From Paraspadella gotoi (Eukaryota; Animalia; Chaetognatha), in the NCBI GenBank assembly GCA_051294375.1, contig CM119267.1, forward strand, positions 16,484,835 through 16,548,834: DNA of 64,000 nt. Reading direction: 5' to 3'. Shown one piece after another: positions 55,704 to 64,000 of the stretch (position 1 is the stretch's first letter; the number at the start of each line of letters is the position of its first letter). Position numbers and translations under genes: made by a program. Under the pieces are notes generated by a model. That model was not told where the DNA came from, did no database searches, and was given only the letters and a program-made list of their open reading frames with translations.

Positions 55704-56144
55704 CTGACGGACAGAAGAAGTTTTCGGAATGCGATTGAGCGAGAAAGGGAAGTTGATTCGGATGCTGTTGTTGTTGTTGTTGTTGTTGTAAGGCGAAGGC
55801 GACGGTGGCGTTGGCGATGCACTCGGAGCAGTCGCCGGCGGCGCCGTGAAAGAAGCCGACGCTGACGCCGGGCGAACCGGGCGACGCCGGAACGGGAGCC
55901 GAGTGGGCGGGGGGCGCCGCTACCGAGACTGACTTGGCCGCCACCCGGTGCAGCGGATGATGCAGCGGCGTCGTGGACGGACCGGCGCCGCGATGGCACG
56001 ACGACGCCGCCTCCATAGTGCCGAAGGGGTTGACGACGCCGTTGACGACGACGCCGACAGCGCCGCAGTCTGAACATCCGGGCGGAGAAGGGCGCCGCTC
56101 GTCGCCAAAGGGAGATTCCAGAGTTTGACCGAGCATTGGGTTGT
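55704..56144 (-). CDS. Internal coding exon (441 nt, phase 1-1) of an unidentified multi-exon gene; low-complexity Pro/Ala/Ser/Gly/His-rich peptide with a Q8 tract
   Basis: Minus strand: branch point TACTAAC (56184-56178), pyrimidine-rich tract, acceptor ...CCCCTAAACCAG|ACAACCCAATG, open GC-rich frame xNPMLGQTLESPFGDERRPSPPGCSDC...CSECIANATVAFALQQQQQQQQHPNQLPFLAQSHSENFFCPSG, donor CCGTCAG|GTGAGT. Length is 147 codons. No domain recognised. Confidence 0.75.
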
Positions 56145-56406
56145 CTGGTTTAGGGGAATGGAGGGAAATGGGGGGTTGTTAGTATTGGATCGATTGTATA
56201 TATAAAAAATTGTAGAAATATCAAATAATCAAGTAATCAATACGTATTTAAGTAATATTATTACCAAAATGAGTGATAATTGAAAACGGAGTCAAGCAAA
56301 GAAAGAAAAAAAGAAGTTGCGAAAATTGGAGAGAAATAAGTAATGGAAGGAAAGAAAAAAGTAATCAAGGAAAATTGAATCAGAGACTTTCTTAACTTCT
56401 CCGTGA

Positions 56407-56519
<113 letters not shown>

Positions 56520-58700
56520 GCGCATTTTAATGCAACCCCGAGCGAATAGAATTCTCCACTGAAAACAAAAACACGAATGCGAAAAATGATACGAGTTGAA
56601 ACAAAAGAGCACAACATAAAAAAAGAGAACAACGCGAGTGGCCGCTCGTTCCACCGCTCAATGAATATCGCGAGAAAATAAAAATTTAAAAAAAAAAAAA
56701 CATTCCATCATTATTTTCACTCACAGAGAGGAACGGAATCTTGCGGAGACAAACGACAAAAAAAATGACCAAAATGCGAAAGAAAGAAAAAAAAATTAAA
56801 AGTTTAAAAACGCCGCCAAAAATTACAAACAAAATAAACTGGAACAATTCTCCATTTTCTCTCAATTGGTTCTTCTCGTGTTTCGTATTCAAGAGATTCA
56901 TTATTTTTTTTTTATTTCCAAAAATTATTTGACAAACCAAAAAATAAAATATGAGAGGAATTCATGGCGAATCGGAATAGAGCCGCGTGGAATGGAGGCG
57001 TGGGGCGATTTCATGACGCAATAGAATCGGAAGCTGCGTTTGAGAGGATGAGTGAGGGAACAAACTGAATGCAAATGAGATCGAGAAAATATAAAGCGTC
57101 GAAAAAACCCGGTCTTCTTCTCTGAATCTACCACTTTTCTTTTTCTCATTTTTTCTTTTTCTTACTCCTTCTTCTACCCACTCATTGCGTCTCCTGGGGG
57201 AGGGGGATTCAAATACCAAGAGGATGTGTTACTCATCATTTCGCTGGAATCGTTTCAGTTCGGGGAAAAAAAAAGAGCGNNNNNNNNNNNNNNNNNNNNN
57301 NNNNATCTATCTTAATCAATTATTGTTGATTATTTACCTATAGATGTATTTGTTTTTTACCTTCCTTGTACTGCCATCAATAACTCACTCCTGAGATCAA
57401 ACCATTCAAATTATTAATCATAATTACAACCTCGTTATCTAGAATATTACTTCCTTCTATAAGCCAGTCCGTCTTTTCTTTAACCTCGAGCGCAGCGGTC
57501 ACTTTTTAATAATATCTCTCTCTCTCTCTCTCCCCCTCTCTCTCCATTCTCGTCTCCTCCCTCTCTCTCTTCTCTCTCCTCCCTCCTCTTCCTCTCGGCC
57601 TTGCGTGTTCATCTTCTCGTCGTGCTCTCATCTCTCTCTTTGACATTCAATTTAACGTCCAACCGCGAACACTCTAGCGGAGAACATTTATTGTCTTCTC
57701 TTTTCGATTTGTGGGAATCGGAAATTCTAATTTTAGATTCGAATTTTCACGACGAAAACTTCTTTTAGCGGCTGCGAACTTTTTTTCTTCCCTTGGTTTT
57801 GAAGCCTAAAAGACATTAAAACGGCAAAACAAGGCTGAGAGAGCAATACAGAGGAACAGAGAAGAGGAGAAGAGTCGAGACGAGAGAGAGTAGAGAGAGG
57901 AGATGCAGAGAGTAGATACTGGAGAAGTTTAAGAGCTGTAAGAGCTTCCATGTGTTAAAAGGTTATCCGGCTTGCTTTTGGTTTCAAGATTCACATCTCT
58001 CTTTCTTCTCTTCCTCTCCTTCTCTCCTCTCTTATATTCTCTCTCTCCTCTCTCTCTTCTCTCTCATCTTACTCTTCATCCTTCATTTTCTCTCTCTCTC
58101 TCCTCTCGTCTCTCATCTACATCCTCAAAAACTCACTTCTATAGAAACATTTTCTGAAGGGATTTGCTATTACCGCAGCGACGGCGATATAGGAGGAAGA
58201 AGACTAAAGTCAGGACTAGAAAGACGATGTACGACGAGATGATGATTGATGAATGATAGCAATGAATGATTGGATGAATCGATGAATGATGATAGATGAT
58301 TGATGAATTGAATGATTGAATGATGGATGACCCTGATGATAAATGAATGAAGTTAAGAAATCGTTCCGTTTGTTTTGATTGGTTGGTTTAGTTGACTGAT
58401 TGGTTGCACCTTGATTTCGCTCCTTCCTCGTTCCTTCGTTCCTTTCGTTACTTTTCATTCGTTCCCTTTTACGCGACGTTCGTTTTCATTGTGGAGGCAT
58501 TGAATTTATTTAACTTGTTTAGAGAGAGAGAGAGAGAGATGAGAGAGAGAAGCAGAGAGAGAGAGAAGTAGATGCAGCCACCGAGAGACAGAGAGAGAGA
58601 GAGTAGAGAGCAATTACTCGCCCTCCGACCCGTCCGAAGTGAGGAGGAGGGGCGAGTGCCAATAGTGCGTGGCGTTAAATTAAGAAAATTGGCGAGAGAC

Positions 58701-58742
<42 letters not shown>

Positions 58743-61168
58743 GAAGAAAGAGTCGGGTGGCCGGAAAATTAACGAGGAAAAATTTCCTATCGAGTCTCTC
58801 ACTTGTAACAGGTTCTCGTGAGCGTTAGTACTAAATTATAGCATTTTTTTTTATGAAAATGAGAAAACAAAGGGATCTAACGTTAAACAAGGAGGGGAAG
58901 AAGAAAACAAGATAAAAATAAAAATAAAAATAAAAATAAGAAAACTGAAAAATATGCGCAAAAAACACAACACAACAAAAAAACGAAGTCGTTATTGATT
59001 TGTTTCTATTGAATGTTATTTTAATTATTTCTATTTAATATTTTTCTGAATGGATTGGTTTTGATTGAGAATTGATTGACAAATGGGACTTGATTATTTA
59101 TTTTCTTTTTTTTTTTTCTATGGTTAATTGAATGACTGATTGAAATTTTTTTCTTTTTCCTTTTTTCTTGATTGACTGATCAAGTGATCCCCCAAGCAAG
59201 GACCTACTTTATACGTATTATACTCATATCACCGCCAAATGTCCGTCCTCCTCCTCCTCTCCACCTCCTCTTCCTAGATCCTTACTTATAATCTCCCTCC
59301 TCTCTTCTCGCTTCTCTTATATGCCTGAGTCCCCGAGTCGCTCAGTGACCGTCGAACTTAAGACATCAGCAATTGGAATCATCTTTCTCTCTCTCATTTG
59401 GAAGAACTACTTTCTTATCTTCCACTTACCTTTCACGCTTTTAAAAATCACGTGATGCAATTTAATTTTATCACTTTCCTTTTAAAACTTAAAAGTTTCA
59501 ACTCCTAATTTTATAGTGACTTAACTTCTCCGAGTCTTCACCTTATTTTTTCTTCCCTTTGCCAAAAGGTGTTTCATAGACACACTAACACTAACACTTT
59601 TGTCTCAAGTAATAATAAGATCAATCTTTTATTATCACAATGATTCTTCACTCCTCATTTTTGCTATTCCTATTTTCTCCGTGAAGATTCTATTTTTCTA
59701 CTTGACCTTTGCATTCTCCGAAGTGTTCATCCTCTCAATATTGCTCTTCTTACCTTCTTACAGATTTTTAATATAGCTTATCTTAAATTCTATACTTTCT
59801 ACTATACACACTCGTGTATCTTCTGACAAAGTATGAAATTCGTATCCTTTATTTCTGGATTTCTCTGCCTTTGCTAAGCAGTCTCTTAATTAACCCTCAC
59901 CATCCTACGATTATAATCTCTTTCGCATCCTCGCACCCATTTCTGTCTAGAGTTATCCAAAAGCCCATTTCCAACATCACCCAAATAAATTCTTATCTCC
60001 CTGCCCACATTCACACCCTTACTGTAGCAAACAAGTAAACGTCCCTTCCCTCTCTCTCCCCCCTCTTTTCCTCACGCGCGTTAATACGGCAGGAGAGTAC
60101 TTTTTTTTCATGAGTAACTGTTTCAAATTCTCTCTCTCTCGCGTGCATCCGATCATCTACATCTCGATACTCTCTCTCTCTTCTTCTCCGACCTCTCTTT
60201 CTTTCTCTCTCTTCTTCTCTCCTCTCTCTCTTCTCTCCTCCTCTCTCTCCTCCTGCCATTAATCTTCCTCATGACTAATCGGTACACTTTCTCGTTGCAC
60301 CACCTGTCCGAAAGATATCCACCTGTCCGTCTAAAAGTTAATTAGAGGTTGGAAGCGAGACGAGAGAGAGAGAGAGAAGGAGAGATCCGAGAGAGAGCAG
60401 AGGAGAGAGAGAGAGAGAGAGCAAGAGTATATGGTAAGAAGAGAGAAGATCCCGTTAGGACGAGGTACAAGAGGTCCTACTGTTTTGGTCACCTATCGAG
60501 AAAGCTCTAATCCCTCAACCAACATCCGGACATTCTTACCCTCCTCTCACAGCCGGGGAATACTGAGAAAATCTGGGTCCCCAGAATTATTTTTTTTCTC
60601 TCTTCTTTGGGTCACTTATTTTCGGGGCTCACAGCTGCGAGTAATTATCTTATCTTCTAATGATCGTTTGGTTGAGACCTATATTCACTAAGAGTCAATA
60701 CAGACCTGGAGCGTCGCCCGATGGCTTCTCTCTGCTTTAAAAAGGTCAGGTCGGTCAACACTCCTCCAAGTCTTGCATTGAGGGAGCAGAGAGCAGCAGA
60801 GAGAGAGAGAGAGTATCACTGAATGAGAAGAGAGAGTAGCACGACGGGAGACGAGCACGAGAGAGCAGCACAGACCGAGATGAGAAGGAACGCAGGAACT
60901 AGGATAATGAGTTTAGACAGTAACGAAATACACACGCAGTCGAAAAGAGGAACAAACGAGTCTTAAATAAAAATTAGTCTAAGAAGGACTTTAGCGCTTA
61001 ATATTTAGCCTAAATCTTCCATTTTCCGCTATTTGGCTCCTAATAGATTCCTCCTCTCCTCTCTCTCTCTCTCCTCTCTCTCTCTTCTCTCCTCTCTCAC
61101 TTTTTTTTCAGGTTTCGAAAAAGAGATTAACGAAGATAAAACAGATTTTTTATTTCCCTGTAAATTAC

Positions 61169-61321
61169 CTGTTCGGACATCGCGCTGAAGCCGAGTATCG
61201 AGACCAACAAAGTTTCTTCTTGTACTTTGTCATCTCTCTTTCTGTTTCTCTCTGGGATGGTTTTTTGAATTTCCGCTTCATTCTGCAAGAAGAATGGCTG
61301 TTCTTCTGTTTTATTTTTCAC
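61169..61321 (-). other. Candidate exon in error-prone sequence
   Basis: Donor CAG|GTAATT at 61168. Possible acceptors at 61322 (CAG) or 61283 (TTCTTCTTGCAG) give 153 or 114 nt, both multiples of 3 with open frames. Product not recognised. Confidence 0.2.
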
Positions 61322-64000
61322 CTGGCTTGAGATTATTTCATTTATACAAAAGTGTCATGAGCATAGGTTACAAATAGTTCCACACACCTCGGAACAAGTT
61401 TATCCCCATTAGGACGAATTTGTCAGAATGCGAGACTTAAAAGAGCAGAGAAGACAACCGAAGTAAAATTACTGCGTCGACGTGTGAAGATATCCACAAC
61501 TTTTCGAGAGCTTTTTCTGTTCCATGCAGATTTTCCGTCGCGGTCTTCCTTTCGCGAGGGAACTCAACTAAAGAAGCTTATTTGTGTTTGCCCTATGCAG
61601 TCTTTTGTGTATTCATAATTGAAACAATACGGACCCCAAGCCACCCAGACAGCTGATATAAAAACAATTCAACCTTACGTCCTTAATAATATTTGTATTT
61701 TCAGTTAAAAATGGGACAACTTAAACTTTAAAAGGCATCAGAGAGTACACGGTCATGAGCCGCACAAATAAGAAAAAAGAAAATATAATTGATAAAAAAA
61801 GGAAGACAGAAGGAGAGAGGAATAGTAAGAGAAGGAGTAATAGAGACGAAATATAAGAGAGAGACGTAGTATAGAATGATGAGCGATGAGACGCGAGATA
61901 CGTAAATCGAAGATCTGAGAATAAGAGAAGCTAGCAGAGTTATAAAAGAAAGATTGGCTGAGCGAGTACGTTCAGTTATCGAGTCGTCGAGTACGGATCG
62001 AGGTACGGCGATCGTCAGAGGCAGAGTCCTCGACGAGAGAGAAGATATATCCAGACCATATTTTTTTTTGGTCATATTCAACGGTTTACTGCGTCACCTC
62101 CATGAATTCCCTCCGTGCGGTTGTATATTTCACAGGACGCCGGACATCGTCGTTATCCCTTGTCGTCGTCGTCTCTGATTTTGAGCGGTATCTAATGCTT
62201 CCGTAACATATCGTTGAGTTTTTTGACATCTCCGTTGCTTTCGTGTAAAAATTTTATGTCTTTCTAACGAGTTCTATATCAAGAGAGGCAGATATAAATA
62301 GTTAGCGAAAATTCCTATGAGCAATAGTGAATTGTTTTAACAATAATTTTATATTATAATTCACCTCTCAAACAAAGAGTCCCATCATTATGTCCATGAC
62401 CTTCGCAATTATCACACTCCGAATCGCCACGGGCCGAACCAGCTACTCACGCAATCTAACATCCGTTAGCCTCTATCTGCCGTCTCGTCACCTTTCCCGA
62501 CAAGAACGTCACTCCTGTCGCTCCGTCCTAACACCCCATTTTCACGCAATTGACCGATATTGTAACTGATACTGATCACGGATTCGATAGAGTCCGCTGC
62601 ATTTTCTCGATTCGGCGCAGATTTCTTCAAATTTACGAGGATTTTTTTCGCCTCGTTCGCTGAGTCAAGCGTCGACGCCAGTTTACGACATCGAGGGTGT
62701 TTGAAATTCCAAACGCTCCGCGAAAACATAAAATCTTCCAACCAATGCCTAAACTCGATCCAGCTTCTGAGTCTTTCGAATTCTGCGTTCTCATACTTCC
62801 CTGGACACTCGACCGGGCCATTTTTGTCATCCTCGAAACCAAGAATACTGACAATACCAACTTTGAGCCGGTATCACTCTCAAGCCATTGTCATTCCCGT
62901 AAGTTTCTCGATCCAATCACCAAGCTTTATCCTTTACAAATCTTTTTCATTAACAGTAGAGTCAGACTTCAACTTATTTCAATTCTTTCAAGATCAATGA
63001 CCTCAAGTCCTGCCTCCTTTGTCATTGGCCAATCATTTATTACTCTCGCTCAGTCTCACTTTCCTATCCTCTTGCCATCTCATGTTACAACATTTTTAAC
63101 TCTTTATCTAGTCAAGCGGTCTGTCTCAGGTCGAGCGCTGTTGTTTTAATTTCTCCGAATCGAGGGGACGATATTTTTGCGCGAAAGGAGACCGAGCGAT
63201 AACGTATATGAAGCGTACTACACGTTGGTCCGACGAAGAGCAAGATACTATACGACAGCGCTTCCGGAATACTGTTCTTTTTCCTCATCTCAGACCTACT
63301 TTTCGTCCGTTGCGCGGGAGAGTTATATTCTACTTCAAGAATAGAGTATCAACTCACCTATCTCTGTCTCCAGCAATTCCGGCAGATACACAACTCCAAC
63401 TACCGGGCGTCTCCCGACCCTCTCATCACATAAGTCGAACAGACGAAAATCCCTATCACCTCGGAATTGTGAAATAGAAATCAAAGCTCCAATTCGATCG
63501 CGAAAGAGAAAAAAAATAAAGCTTCGTAGCGAACGCATTTACGACATCTGAGACGCGTAGAATCATCAGAAGTTATAGAATCAGCAGCATCGAGGGAAAC
63601 TGCGCATCTTCAACTGAAAACCGGGATGTTTCACCAGCCCGCAATCACGAACATATTCCTCTTAAAAAGTCAGTTTTCATCCTTAGAAAACTGAAATCAC
63701 ACAGTCCCTCCAATCCGATCGACCCCAGGCTGACGCGTGAGGTGATTAGCGCCCCTCAGCGTCGCACAAAGCCTAATATTAACTGCAACGACGAGATATC
63801 GCGTAGAACTTTCCCTGGGAACCAAAACACAACCGGCGTTATTCAATCAGTTTCAGTCGCCTAGATTTCATTAATAAACCACACTCTCTCGAGGAACACA
63901 ATCGGAGTTTTCGTTAAAAACAGAGATACAGATATATAGAGAGCGAGGACTTGCTTGACAACGTTTTGATATAAGTAAAAGTAGATAAATATGAACGGTC

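Overview
This is eukaryotic genomic DNA, most likely from a bilaterian invertebrate. That call is inferred from GT-AG splice signals, CTCF-like motifs and no visible CpG depletion. The window is almost entirely intronic or intergenic. It is dominated by (AG)n/(CT)n and (GAC)n microsatellites, purine-rich low-complexity tracts and many N gaps. Nearly all ORFs in the supplied track are artefacts of these repeats and gaps. Five gaps are exactly 25 N long and several sit next to indel-rich near-copies of adjacent sequence, which points to long-read gap-filling artefacts. Supportable biology: (1) one well-defined 441-nt minus-strand coding exon (55704-56144) of an unidentified gene, whose 5' splice site can be masked by a hairpin carrying the U1 snRNA 5'-end sequence and which is flanked by complementary microsatellites; (2) a 3' fragment of tRNA-Leu with an encoded CCA; (3) a four-copy interspersed repeat family with a shared end, one copy flanked by a direct repeat; (4) a probable degraded non-LTR retrotransposon ORF2 fragment; (5) clusters of RFX, ETS-CRE/E-box and YY1/CTCF-like motifs and a very GC-rich island. 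I found no prokaryotic features or CRISPR arrays and cannot claim a new system. The splice-regulatory architecture around the exon is the best candidate for follow-up.
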